Below are positions 10,131 through 19,833 of a stretch of 64,000 nt of DNA, piece after piece; position 1 is the first letter of the stretch, and the number at the start of each line of letters is the position of its first letter. The stretch is taken from contig CAIPUN010000083.1 in NCBI GenBank assembly GCA_903868245.1, positions 3,385-67,384 on the forward strand, read 5' to 3'. The notes under the pieces are model-generated. The model was not told where the DNA came from and made no database searches. It worked only from the letters and a program-made list of their open reading frames with translations. A program made the position numbers and the translations under genes. Source of the stretch: an uncultured Sphingomonadales bacterium (GTDB lineage: Bacteria; Pseudomonadota; Alphaproteobacteria; Sphingomonadales; Sphingomonadaceae).

Positions 10131-10919
10131 TTACGCCGCGGCAGCCAGCAAATTATACGGGTCAATACCTTCCGACCGCATCGCGGCGTGGGCCGCATGA
10201 TAGGTCTTGGGCGTTGCTATCCCTAGACGTTTGCGCGCATCGTCCAGAGGTTCGCGCAGCAAGGCGTTGATATCTTCATGCACAAGGTTTTTGGCGGCCT
10301 TACCAATACGGTAGCCCTCATGCACCGCGCCCATGATGGGAGCAGATGGCGCAACGCGGCGTTTCAATTCTATGCCGCCGGCATAAGCAATAAAGCCAAC
10401 GCCCAGATTGCGATGCTGCGCAAAGGTGAATGCCAGCACACATTGTTCGCCCAAGGCGTCGCGTCCATAGCCGGTCAATATGTGGTGCAAGTCATGCGTG
10501 TCACGCAGGCGGTCGCCATAACGGTCAATGCCATCTTCAAAGCGCATTCCGGCAGTTGTGAACTTGGCATATTCGGCCTCAAGCCCGGCGGCAGAAAGAC
10601 CCTCGCGTTCCATGAATTCCACATAGACACGGCCAACGGTTCCCGCCGGCAATTGCTTCAGCGTGGCGTGGTCATCGAGAATATCTATCAACCGCTCATC
10701 GGCTGTAAGCAGCCTTTGTCCCTTATCACTGTTCCAAAACCGTTGGGCAATGTCGCGGAATTTGCGGCCACGCAACGCGGCTATGATGTGAAACACCTGC
10801 TCGGTGTCTTCCTTGTCAGCTATCAACGCTTTAAAATGGCGCCATGCTTTCAGCGGGCGAAACTCGCTTCCCGGACGGTCGGGGTGATGAAAAGGAATAT
10901 CTGCGTGCAGCGCGGCCAT
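10131..10919 (-). CDS. Coq4 family protein
   Basis: HDLHH-x11-E (HDxxH...E) metal motif, plus LPAGTVGRVY and TGYGRDALGE. Confidence 0.85.
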   Translation of the reverse strand: MAALHADIPFHHPDRPGSEFRPLKAWRHFKALIADKEDTEQVFHIIAALRGRKFRDIAQRFWNSDKGQRLLTADERLIDILDDHATLKQLPAGTVGRVYVEFMEREGLSAAGLEAEYAKFTTAGMRFEDGIDRYGDRLRDTHDLHHILTGYGRDALGEQCVLAFTFAQHRNLGVGFIAYAGGIELKRRVAPSAPIMGAVHEGYRIGKAAKNLVHEDINALLREPLDDARKRLGIATPKTYHAAHAAMRSEGIDPYNLLAAAA

Positions 10920-11045
10920 CGGGAAACTCCAGCGAATCTGTATGCACTAAGAGTTATGGTTTACCTACACTGGTGTCAATAACAAAAATCCGCTGGACGC
11001 GCATGTGTATGAGCTGTATTAATAACGTAATACAGGGGGTTAGCC

Positions 11046-12275
11046 ATGCAGAATTCAGGACAACGGCACATCAGCTTGGACGCGATGCGTGGTTTTGCGG
11101 TGATGGGTATATTGGCGATGAATATCATCGGCTTTGCGATGCCCGAATGGGCCTATGTCACGCCTGCGGCTTATGGCACCGACACTTTGACGGACAAAAT
11201 TGCATGGGCATTTTCCTTCATTTTCATTGACGGCAAAATGCGTGGGCTATTCTCGCTTTTGTTTGGCGCGAGCATGATGCTGATCATTGACCGCGCTGCG
11301 GCAAATGGGGAAAGCGCCGCGCAGGTGCATTTTCGTCGTATGGCATGGCTCGCTTTATTTGGCCTCGCACATTATTTCTTCATCTGGCTTGGCGACATCC
11401 TGTTTCTCTATGCGATTATCGGCATGATCGCGTTTCGCTTCCGAAATTGGTCGCCAGAACGATTGATAAAGATCGCTTTAATCATTTTTGCACTTGGGTT
11501 GGCGCTCTGGGGCTTACAATTTGGGGGGCTTCAGGTTTTTCAATATTTTGCAACACGCGCTGACGCGAGCGCAGATATGGCGCGCGCGTTTCGCGAATTG
11601 ATGGCGAGTGCTGACCTTGCGTTTAACATTGCGCCTGACCTCGCGCTGCACAGGGGCAGCTATGTTGCGATAGTGATGGACAAATTTGACGAGTGGAGCA
11701 CACCATTTGTTATGGTGGTGCAGTCCATTGGCGAAACTTTGCCGCTCATGATGCTCGGTATGGCGATGCAAAAAAGCGGGTTCATGACAGGTAATTGGGA
11801 TTCGGCCGATTACCGGCGCTGGGCCAAGCGAATGGTGCCGCTTGGCTTGTTGCTGACGGCAGGCTTGGCAGTCTGGATGGCCGCAGTTGATTTTGACCGG
11901 ATCACGGCGCTCGCGGTATTTTACTTCTGGGGGGGAATCCCACGCTTGATGCTGACGATTGGCTATGCGGCACTATTGATCATGCTCATCGGCCATTATC
12001 ACAACCACCCGATGCTCTTACGGGTCGCCGCGGCTGGGCGCGCTGCGTTCAGTAACTATCTGGGCACGAGCATTATTATGACGACGATTTTTTATGGCTA
12101 TGGCCTCGGCTTGTTCGGCGATGTTGGTCGCGCTGGACTGTGGCTGTTTGTGCTGGGCGCCTGGGCGGTGATGCTGCTGTGGTCCAAGCCATGGCTGATG
12201 CAATATCATTACGGCCCGCTGGAATGGCTATGGCGGAGCTTGGCGCGCGGGAAAGTGCAATTGATGCGTCGCTAA
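11046..12275 (+). CDS. DUF418 (YeiB-like) membrane protein
   Basis: LDAMRGFAVMGIL, DGKMRGLFSLLFG and YGPLEWLWR motifs. Confidence 0.88.
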   Translation: MQNSGQRHISLDAMRGFAVMGILAMNIIGFAMPEWAYVTPAAYGTDTLTDKIAWAFSFIFIDGKMRGLFSLLFGASMMLIIDRAAANGESAAQVHFRRMAWLALFGLAHYFFIWLGDILFLYAIIGMIAFRFRNWSPERLIKIALIIFALGLALWGLQFGGLQVFQYFATRADASADMARAFRELMASADLAFNIAPDLALHRGSYVAIVMDKFDEWSTPFVMVVQSIGETLPLMMLGMAMQKSGFMTGNWDSADYRRWAKRMVPLGLLLTAGLAVWMAAVDFDRITALAVFYFWGGIPRLMLTIGYAALLIMLIGHYHNHPMLLRVAAAGRAAFSNYLGTSIIMTTIFYGYGLGLFGDVGRAGLWLFVLGAWAVMLLWSKPWLMQYHYGPLEWLWRSLARGKVQLMRR

Positions 12276-12299
12276 TGCTATTGCAATCAGTTCGCATTA
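12273..12299. promoter_or_regulatory. Probable iron-responsive (alphaproteobacterial Fur-type) box upstream of bfd
   Basis: TGCAATCAGTTCGCA (TGC-N9-GCA) nested in TAATGC-N15-GCATTA, about 30 bp before bfd. Confidence 0.6.
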
Positions 12300-12329
12300 A
12301 CGATAATAGGATCCCATAGGAGTTGATCC

Positions 12330-12500
12330 ATGGTCGTTTGCATCTGTAATGCTATCAAGGAAAAAGATCTGCGTGCTGCGGTGCGTTGTCCTTCCGAGCG
12401 TCCAAATGACGTCTATGCGCGCCTGGGACGTAAGCCAAAATGTGGCCAGTGCCTATCGTTCGCGCGAAACATTATCAGTGCCGGACCTGCAACCGCTTAA
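12330..12500 (+). CDS. bfd: Bacterioferritin-associated ferredoxin (56 aa, below the ORF-track cutoff)
   Basis: Manual translation MVVCICNAIKEKDL...KPKCGQCLSFARNII; RBS AGGAG; directly upstream of bfr. Confidence 0.93.
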   Translation: MVVCICNAIKEKDLRAAVRCPSERPNDVYARLGRKPKCGQCLSFARNIISAGPATA

Positions 12501-12600
12501 CAATAGCGTGTCGAAAAAATAAGCTTTTCTGCCGTTTTCCGCCTTCACGACGATCTATAAACGCGCTAACATATGCGCAAATAACCTAAAGGATATGGCC

Positions 12601-13080
12601 ATGAAGGGTGATGCAAAAGTCATCGATTTTTTGAACGAGGCGCTCAAGAATGAACTGACTGCGGTCAATCAATATTGGCTGCATTACCGCATGCTCGACA
12701 ATTGGGGCGTATCGCGGCTGGCGCATTTTGAACGACATGAATCGATCGACGAAATGAAGCATGCCGACAAATTGTCGGAACGGATCTTGTTTCTGGATGG
12801 CCTGCCCAATTTCCAAATGCTCGGCCGTTTGCGCATTGGCGAGACCGTTGAGGAAATCCTGAAAGCCGATCTTGAGCTTGAATATGAAGCTTTGCCTCTG
12901 CTCAAAGATGCCATCGCGCATTGCGAAAGCGTCCGCGATTATGTCAGCCGTGACCTATTCGCATCCATATTGGAAAGCGAAGAAGAGCATGTCGATATGC
13001 TAGAAAAGCAGTTCGATTTGATTGCACGCATGGGTATGGAAAATTACGTGCAGTTGCAGTCAAAACCAATCGAGGACTGA
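12601..13080 (+). CDS. bfr: Bacterioferritin
   Basis: MKGDAKVIDFLN...NELTAVNQYWLH...ESIDEMKHAD...SEEEHVD. Confidence 0.97.
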   Translation: MKGDAKVIDFLNEALKNELTAVNQYWLHYRMLDNWGVSRLAHFERHESIDEMKHADKLSERILFLDGLPNFQMLGRLRIGETVEEILKADLELEYEALPLLKDAIAHCESVRDYVSRDLFASILESEEEHVDMLEKQFDLIARMGMENYVQLQSKPIED

Positions 13081-13098
13081 ACCTAAAGCGAAACAGGG

Positions 13099-14502
13099 TT
13101 ATCCATTGTCCGCAAAAGGGTTCTTCGATGATCGGAAGTTGATTCGCACAGGCACGGCGCCGAAATCTAAATCGCGGCGAATACCGTTCAGCAAATAGCG
13201 CGCATAGCTGGCGGGTAACTCGTCAGTCCGATTGCCGAAGATGACAAAGGTTGGCGGACGGTTTCGTGCTTGGGTCATATACCGCAGCTTGATCCGCTTG
13301 CCGCCAGGCGCAGGTGGCGGGTTGGCCGAAATCGCAGCTTCGAACCAGCGGTTGAGAATGCCTGTTGGCACGCGCTTGTTCCAAGCTTCACGCGCATCGA
13401 ACGCGGCGGAAATCATTTGATCAAGACCCTTACCGGTCAATGCCGATACCGCGATCATTGGAACGCCCTTCAACTGCGACAGGCCTTCTTCTAATGCGGC
13501 ACGAATGCCTTTGAATAGCCCGCTGCCATCAACCGCCACATCCCATTTGTTGATCGCGATGATCAGCGCGCGGCCTTCTTGAATCACATGGTCAGCAATT
13601 TTCAGGTCTTGAACTTCCAAACCCTTGGTCGCATCCAGCAGCAGAACGACAACTTCGGCAAAGTCGATCGCGTGGCGCGCATCGGCGACCGATAGCTTTT
13701 CTAACTTGTCCTGCACCTTGGCGCGCTTGCGCATTCCGGCGGTATCGATCAAGCGCACCCGGCGCTCGGACAACAATGGCGGGATATTGCCTTCTTCATC
13801 GGGCTCGCCTTCTTTCGGGCTTGGATCTGTCCAGATCCAGTCCACCGAAATACTGTCGCGCGTAATCCCAGCTTCGGGGCCGGTAATCAGACGGTTTTCA
13901 CCCAATAACTTGTTGATTAGCGTCGATTTACCGGCGTTGGGACGACCGACGATCGCCAGCTTCAATATCGCGTCGGGCGCTTCAGGATCAGGCACTTCGA
14001 ACGCGCCGCCGTCAATATGTGGCAGCAAAGATTGAAACAGGTCGGCCATGCCTTCGCCATGTTCGCCGCTGATGGCGATGGGGTCGCCAAAACCCAGTGC
14101 ATAGCTTTCTAATATGCCATTATCGCCTTGCTTGCCTTCGGCCTTATTGACCGCAAGCACGACCGGCGTCGCACTGCTGCGCAGCCAACGGGCAATTTCT
14201 TCGTCGAGCGGGGTTACGCCAACACGGCCATCGATCAGGAACAGGGCAACTTGCGCCCCTGCAATTGCGGCCTCGGTTTGCATCCGCATTCTACCGGGCA
14301 GCGTGTCGGGATCTTCATCCTCATAACCCGCCGTATCGACAATGGTGAATTCCAAATCGAACAAGCGGCCTTCGCCTTCACGACGATCCCGCGTGACACC
14401 CGGCGTGTCATCGACCAAAGCGAGTTTCTTGCCAACCAGCCGGTTGAACAAAGTGGACTTGCCGACATTAGGCCGACCAATAATGGCTACCGTCGGCAAC
14501 AT
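13099..14502 (-). CDS. der: Ribosome biogenesis GTPase Der (EngA)
   Basis: Two GRPN(V/A)GKSTL G1 motifs, DTAG and NK(A/W) motifs, C-terminal KH-like domain. Confidence 0.98.
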   Translation of the reverse strand: MLPTVAIIGRPNVGKSTLFNRLVGKKLALVDDTPGVTRDRREGEGRLFDLEFTIVDTAGYEDEDPDTLPGRMRMQTEAAIAGAQVALFLIDGRVGVTPLDEEIARWLRSSATPVVLAVNKAEGKQGDNGILESYALGFGDPIAISGEHGEGMADLFQSLLPHIDGGAFEVPDPEAPDAILKLAIVGRPNAGKSTLINKLLGENRLITGPEAGITRDSISVDWIWTDPSPKEGEPDEEGNIPPLLSERRVRLIDTAGMRKRAKVQDKLEKLSVADARHAIDFAEVVVLLLDATKGLEVQDLKIADHVIQEGRALIIAINKWDVAVDGSGLFKGIRAALEEGLSQLKGVPMIAVSALTGKGLDQMISAAFDAREAWNKRVPTGILNRWFEAAISANPPPAPGGKRIKLRYMTQARNRPPTFVIFGNRTDELPASYARYLLNGIRRDLDFGAVPVRINFRSSKNPFADNG

Positions 14503-14523
14503 GCCGGCACTCTCCTTTAGGGC

Positions 14524-15873
14524 CTAGCCGCGAAACGCGGAAATGCGGCCGGAATCATCCAGAATATATAAAGTATTGTTGGCGACAATCGGCGCAAGCG
14601 ACACGTTGGATTTCAGGTCGGCAACTTCAGTCGCGGTGCCATCTTCCGGCGCTACTACCCAGATTGCGCCGCGTGAATTGGCAACGATCAAGCGACCGCC
14701 CGCGAGTATCGGACCATACCAGCTAATCGGGCCCTTTTTCTTCTTTTCATTCTCATAACGTTGCAGCTTCGAAATCCAGCGGATTTTGCCGCTGGAACGT
14801 GCGACGCTTAATAAACGTGCTTCGTCGGTCATGACGAACACCCATTCGCCTGCCGTCACCGGCGTTGAAATCCCCGCAATGTTGATTTCCCAAATGCGCT
14901 GGCCAGTTACGAGTTCATAGGACGCCATGCGTCCGCCTTTGCCCAACGCGAAGACGCGGCCACGGTCAATGACAGGGTCGGCATCAATATCGGTCAGCGT
15001 CGAAACCGACGTCGACATTGCGGTGCGCGACAAGGTGTCATTCCACAGGCTGCGGCCATTTTCATACCGATAGGCGGCCAGCTCACCGCTGGAATAGCCA
15101 GCGATGACCGTGCCTTGTGCTGCGGCAGGGGCACCAACGCCAAAAATGCCCGATGCTGCGACAGGGCCAGCTTCTTTCCATTGCGGTTCACCATCGCTCT
15201 GGCGCAGCGCGTAAATCTGGTTGTCCTGCGTCATCACATATAGATTGCCATTGGATAATGTAGGCGCACCACGCAATGGGCCAGCTGGACGCTTTTTCCA
15301 AACAAGTGCACCCGTATCTGCCGCAAGCGATGCGACATCGCCGACGCCATTGGTGGCGAAAACATTGCTGCTGGTGGCACTTACGCCGCCGCCATAACGG
15401 GATGGCTTGCCGTCGCTATCAACCTCAAGCGCGTTCGACCAAATTTGTGCACCCGTGTTCGCATCAAATGCAGTTACGCGTGCCGTGGTGTCGACGACAT
15501 AGACGCGACCATCGCTCATCACCGGGCTCGCGGCCAGGCGCGCGCGCGGGTTGGCACCCGTCACATCTGCGGTCCAAATACGCGCGAGGCCTTGACCAAG
15601 CGCGACATGGCCGGGCGATTTCGACGCATTGCCGCCGGGCTGTGCCCATGCTTCATTCACCATAGCTGGCGGTAAGGTGACAGCTACATCCGCCAAGGAC
15701 GCATCGACTTCGGTATCACGCTCTGTGCCCAAGATGCTGACGCGGGCGCCGACGGTTGGCGTATTGTTTTTCTTACCGGCATCACCGCGCACACCGTCAA
15801 GGACGGCGCAGCCACCAAGCGATGTTGTCGCGGCGAGCGCCAGAAGCAATTTGGATATGGTCTTCAAAGTCAC
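14524..15873 (-). CDS. bamB: PQQ-repeat beta-propeller lipoprotein, BamB-like
   Basis: Lipobox LGGC, repeated G...W PQQ blades, conserved yfgM-bamB-der order. The start may be TTG 15867, judged by RBS spacing. Confidence 0.82.
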   Translation of the reverse strand: MTLKTISKLLLALAATTSLGGCAVLDGVRGDAGKKNNTPTVGARVSILGTERDTEVDASLADVAVTLPPAMVNEAWAQPGGNASKSPGHVALGQGLARIWTADVTGANPRARLAASPVMSDGRVYVVDTTARVTAFDANTGAQIWSNALEVDSDGKPSRYGGGVSATSSNVFATNGVGDVASLAADTGALVWKKRPAGPLRGAPTLSNGNLYVMTQDNQIYALRQSDGEPQWKEAGPVAASGIFGVGAPAAAQGTVIAGYSSGELAAYRYENGRSLWNDTLSRTAMSTSVSTLTDIDADPVIDRGRVFALGKGGRMASYELVTGQRIWEINIAGISTPVTAGEWVFVMTDEARLLSVARSSGKIRWISKLQRYENEKKKKGPISWYGPILAGGRLIVANSRGAIWVVAPEDGTATEVADLKSNVSLAPIVANNTLYILDDSGRISAFRG

Positions 15874-16634
15874 TCTCCTTTGGCGGCGGTATCGCCAGCC
15901 TTCGATGCCGCATTGCGGGTTGCGTCAAGCTGAACGGTATCGACACCAAGCGCGCCGGCCATTTGCTGTGCACGGCTGCGCAAGGTCTGCGGTGCGTCCT
16001 CTTGCTTCGCAATCTGTGCGAAAATTGGGCCAGCCAAATTGTCCTTACCCATTTTCATATAGGCCAAGGCCGTCAATTCGCCTGCGCTACCGAAATAAGG
16101 ATGGCCAGCGGTGGCTAAGGGTTTCAGCCGGTCAATCACTTGCTGCGGCGGGATGGAATCAAACTCCGCGCTCACTTGACGTATCAGCGCCAGATCGCGG
16201 AATGTTTGTGGCAGGCTGTCGTCGCCTGCGACCTTAGCATAGAGGGCAATGGCCTTTTTAGTCTCGCCATCTTCGCCGAGGAGATTTGCCTCAACCAATT
16301 GCGCCATGGCGCGATATCCGGGTTGATCGGCTTTGGCGAGCACTGCCAATTTGGCGCGCGCCTCTTTTTCCTGCCCAGCGCGCAACTTGTCCATTGCGTC
16401 GACAAATTCTTCGCTTTGCAGGTCTGCTGCGGCCTGTACTTGGTTTTGATAGATTATCCAGCCGCCAAAGGCCAAAAGCCCGGCCACCAAAGTCGCCAAC
16501 AGCCAGCGGCCATAACGTTTCCAAAAACTGGTCAGATCACTCGCGCGGACGGCGTCGTCGACCTCCCGCAAAAATGCCTCGTCGCTGCCGCTCCGGTCTT
16601 TATCCGCGGGCTTTTCAGTCGGTGTCAAAGCCAA
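15870..16634 (-). CDS. YfgM-like TPR membrane protein
   Basis: FLREVDDAVR...FWKRYG followed by one TM helix and helical repeats; position upstream of bamB-der. Confidence 0.85.
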   Translation of the reverse strand: MALTPTEKPADKDRSGSDEAFLREVDDAVRASDLTSFWKRYGRWLLATLVAGLLAFGGWIIYQNQVQAAADLQSEEFVDAMDKLRAGQEKEARAKLAVLAKADQPGYRAMAQLVEANLLGEDGETKKAIALYAKVAGDDSLPQTFRDLALIRQVSAEFDSIPPQQVIDRLKPLATAGHPYFGSAGELTALAYMKMGKDNLAGPIFAQIAKQEDAPQTLRSRAQQMAGALGVDTVQLDATRNAASKAGDTAAKGE

Positions 16635-16711
16635 AAGGGCCTCCGAATTTGTTTAGTCAAAAATAGTCAGGCCAGTCCTTAGCCCGACTTGGCCCGATAG
16701 GCCAGCCTGCT

Positions 16712-17578
16712 TTATACAGGCTGATACAGCTGGTCGGGTCCGGGGAAGCTGCGGTCACGGACGCCAGCGGCATAAGCGCGCACAGCGTCCTCAACGCCGA
16801 CGCCCATGTCACCGAATTTCTTGACGAATTTAGGTACGCGGTCGAACAAGCCCAGCATGTCTTCGGCGACCAACACTTGCCCGTCGCATTGCGCCGATGC
16901 GCCAATACCAATGGTTGGGCAGGCGACTTTTTGCGTGATCTCTATGGCGATATGTTCCAGCACGCCCTCAATCACCATTGCAAATGCGCCTGCGTCGGAC
17001 ATGGCAATCGCGTCGTCGACGATGGATTTGGCTTCTTCCGGGCTTTTGCCGCGCACGCCATAGCCGCCCAATATGTTCACTGCCTGCGGGGTCAACCCGA
17101 CATGCGCCATAACTGGAATACCGCGTGAGGTCAGGAATTCCACCGTGGGCGCGAGCACTTTGCCGCCTTCTAGTTTCACCGCTGCCGCGCCGGTTTCTTT
17201 CAGCAATCGCGATGCGTTGACAAACGCTTGTTCTGGCGAGGCCTCATAGGAGCCAAAGGGCATATCGACGATGACGGCGGCGTGATAGCTACCGCGCACA
17301 ACCGCCGCGCCATGCGCCGCCATCATTTCCATCGTCACCGCAACGGTGTGCGGCAGGCCGTAAATCACTTGCCCCAGCGAATCACCGACCAGCAGCATGT
17401 CGCAATGCGGGTCCATCAACTGCGCCATGCGGACGGTATAGGCCGTCAACATCACCAGCGGCTCCTGGCCCTTTTGTTGCCGGATGCGCGGCACCGTTAG
17501 GCGCTTCATCGGCGACGGCGTTGGGTTCGCACGGCTGGTGGATGTGTCGAAAGTGAGCGTTTTGGGATGCGTAGACAT
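16712..17578 (-). CDS. panB: 3-methyl-2-oxobutanoate hydroxymethyltransferase
   Basis: MLTAY, LLVGDS, DMPFGSY, VKLEGG, HVGLTPQ, DGQVLV. Confidence 0.97.
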   Translation of the reverse strand: MSTHPKTLTFDTSTSRANPTPSPMKRLTVPRIRQQKGQEPLVMLTAYTVRMAQLMDPHCDMLLVGDSLGQVIYGLPHTVAVTMEMMAAHGAAVVRGSYHAAVIVDMPFGSYEASPEQAFVNASRLLKETGAAAVKLEGGKVLAPTVEFLTSRGIPVMAHVGLTPQAVNILGGYGVRGKSPEEAKSIVDDAIAMSDAGAFAMVIEGVLEHIAIEITQKVACPTIGIGASAQCDGQVLVAEDMLGLFDRVPKFVKKFGDMGVGVEDAVRAYAAGVRDRSFPGPDQLYQPV

Positions 17579-17645
17579 AGCGCAAGGGCTTAGCCGCTAA
17601 ACGCCTTGGGCAAAAGAAAGAACGGCAAGATGTTCGATTTTGTTG

Positions 17646-17675
17646 ACTTAATGTTAAAAATATATAACATTAAGT
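17646..17675. promoter_or_regulatory. 11-bp inverted-repeat operator overlapping a sigma70-like promoter
   Basis: ACTTAATGTTA-N8-TAACATTAAGT, overlapping TTGACT and TATAAC hexamers, upstream of the membrane protein + XRE pair. Confidence 0.75.
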
Positions 17676-17703
17676 ACGAATCACATAACATGGAGATGTC
17701 GTG

Positions 17704-18126
17704 ATGTCCTTTCGTGAGAAAATTCATTGGGTGGCTTTTCTAAGCCTCATATTGGGCTTTGGTTGGTATTTCATGTCTTACCCGTGGGCCGTCGCAAACA
17801 CGCGCGGCGGTATGTTGACCGCAGTATGGATGCTTATTCCGACGACAATCATTTTTCTGGTGCCGATGGTGGCCGGGACTGTTTGGTTCACAATCCGCAC
17901 ACCAAAAGAAGCAAATCTCAAGGAAGACGAGCGCGAAAAAACGATTCATCTGAAGGGAACCCATGCGGCATATTACCCGTTGGTTCTTGGGATATGGGCC
18001 AATATCTTTGCCCTCATTAATGGCCTCAGCTACGGTTGGTCGGTCAATATTTTGATGGCGACGTTGGTTTTGGCAGAACTGATACGTGTCGGATCGCAGC
18101 TATATCTTTACCGGCGCGGCTATTGA
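17704..18126 (+). CDS. Small multi-TM membrane protein with a DERE motif
   Basis: 4 hydrophobic segments, KEDEREKTI motif; 3 nt from the downstream HTH gene; RBS GGAG. Confidence 0.8.
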   Translation: MSFREKIHWVAFLSLILGFGWYFMSYPWAVANTRGGMLTAVWMLIPTTIIFLVPMVAGTVWFTIRTPKEANLKEDEREKTIHLKGTHAAYYPLVLGIWANIFALINGLSYGWSVNILMATLVLAELIRVGSQLYLYRRGY

Positions 18127-18129
18127 TCG

Positions 18130-18345
18130 ATGGCGCAGGCACCCTTTACCAACGACATTAAAACCTTACGCTTTTTGGCGGGCGAAATGACGCAAGCCGA
18201 TTTGGGCGACAAGGTGGGCGTCACGCGCCAGACCATTGCCGCCATTGAGCAGGGCAAATATTCTCCTTCGCTGGAGGTTGCCTTTCGCATCGCGCATGTC
18301 TTTGGCAAGCCATTGGAAGACGTATTTCGTTGGCAGGCCGACTGA
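18130..18345 (+). CDS. XRE/Cro-C1 family HTH transcriptional regulator
   Basis: MTQADLGDKVGVTRQTIAAIEQGKYSPSLEVAFRIA. Confidence 0.93.
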   Translation: MAQAPFTNDIKTLRFLAGEMTQADLGDKVGVTRQTIAAIEQGKYSPSLEVAFRIAHVFGKPLEDVFRWQAD

Positions 18346-18355
18346 GGCGCGCGTC

Positions 18356-19426
18356 TTAATCTGACCGCGCTGCGACCGCCTCAGTCACATTGTCGCTGAA
18401 AATGCCGTCAATGCCGGTGGCCAAGAAGGCTTTAATTTCTGTGTCCAAATCGCCTGTCCCACGCGGATCAACGCCGGATTTCTGCGCGAGCGGCAGGAAG
18501 TAATTTTCACGGCGAAATGTCCACGGGTGGACGGCAAGGCCGACTTTATGTGCGTCCGCGACAAGGCGCGTCGGATCGCCCAAATTGCCCAGCAACGTGC
18601 GCGGGATGACGAGCGCCTTATTGGGGCCGATGCCATCGGCATAAGTTGCGACGGTTTTCAGGCCCTCTGCTGTCGCCATTTGGGGATAGGTCAAATCGCT
18701 GCGGTCCGCCGGACTGCCCTTTTCATCCATTAACTGAATCAGCCGCAATTTGGTCTTGGGCCGCAAAGCTTTAAGATTTTCCACTTCGAACGACTGAATG
18801 AATATTGGCGCGCTTTTTTCAACATGGCCATATTGTGTGAGCGCCGCCAACAACGGCGCTTCATGCGGCAGGCCAATCGCGGTGAAATAGCTAGGGTGCT
18901 TGGTTTCAGGATAGACGCCGATCGTCCGACCCGTCGTGCTGCTTGCCTCTTTGGCCAGCGCGAGGATTTCGTCAAAGGTCGGTACCTCAAACTGCCCGTC
19001 ATAGGCCATATTGGGCTTGCGCAATTGCGGCAGGCGTTCTTTCGCGCGCAGCGTCTTCAATTCGGCAAGGGTAAAGTCTTCGGTAAACCAGCCCGTCATT
19101 TTCTGGCCATCGATGATCTTGGTCATTTTGCGGTCGGCAAATTCCGCTTTGTCCGCAACGTCAGTGGTTTCCGAAATCTCATTCTCATGCCGCGCGACCA
19201 AAATGCCATCCTTGGTGAGCACAAGGTCCGGTTCAATATAATCGGCGCCTTGTTCAATCGCGAGGCGGTAGCTGGCCAGCGTATGTTCGGGTCGCTCGCC
19301 GCTCGCGCCGCGATGGGCGATGACGATGACTTTGCCTTCTAGCGGTTGTTCCATGGCGTGGCTTTCCGATGTAAAACAGGCGGACAGACTATATGCGGCA
19401 ATGAAGAGGATATGTAAGAATTTCAT
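18356..19426 (-). CDS. glpQ: Glycerophosphodiester phosphodiesterase (exported)
   Basis: Signal peptide; IAHRGASGERPEHT, IEPDLVLTKDG, ETKHP, IQSFE, DGIFSD. Confidence 0.92.
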   Translation of the reverse strand: MKFLHILFIAAYSLSACFTSESHAMEQPLEGKVIVIAHRGASGERPEHTLASYRLAIEQGADYIEPDLVLTKDGILVARHENEISETTDVADKAEFADRKMTKIIDGQKMTGWFTEDFTLAELKTLRAKERLPQLRKPNMAYDGQFEVPTFDEILALAKEASSTTGRTIGVYPETKHPSYFTAIGLPHEAPLLAALTQYGHVEKSAPIFIQSFEVENLKALRPKTKLRLIQLMDEKGSPADRSDLTYPQMATAEGLKTVATYADGIGPNKALVIPRTLLGNLGDPTRLVADAHKVGLAVHPWTFRRENYFLPLAQKSGVDPRGTGDLDTEIKAFLATGIDGIFSDNVTEAVAARSD

Positions 19427-19451
19427 CCCGCTATCATGCCTGTGCGACGTT

Positions 19452-19805
19452 TCAATTCTGCGACAAAAGCGCGTCCCATTCGGGTTCCTTGAATCCTACG
19501 AGCAAAGTCTTGCCGCCTTCGACCAAAGGCCGTTTGATCATCGACGGGTTGGCGACCATCAATGCAATCGCCTTGGCCAAGTCAATATCTGCCTTGTCGG
19601 CATCGGGCAGCTTCTTAAACGTCGTACCTGCTTTGTTGAGCAGTCTCTCCCAACCCACAACGTCGCTCCACCGCGCCAAATCGGCCGCCGTCACGCCGGC
19701 CTTTTTATAATCATGGAAGTGATAGCTAAGGCCGCGCGCGTCCAAATAAGTGCGGGCTTTCTTGACGGTGTCGCAATTGGGGATGCCGTATAGGGTTAGG
19801 GTCAT
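19452..19805 (-). CDS. ArsC/Spx (YffB-like) family reductase
   Basis: LYGIPNCDTVKKAR, HDYKKAG, PSMIKRP. Confidence 0.92.
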   Translation of the reverse strand: MTLTLYGIPNCDTVKKARTYLDARGLSYHFHDYKKAGVTAADLARWSDVVGWERLLNKAGTTFKKLPDADKADIDLAKAIALMVANPSMIKRPLVEGGKTLLVGFKEPEWDALLSQN

Positions 19806-19833
19806 GTGCTCGGTCCGTTTACTGCCATAAGTG

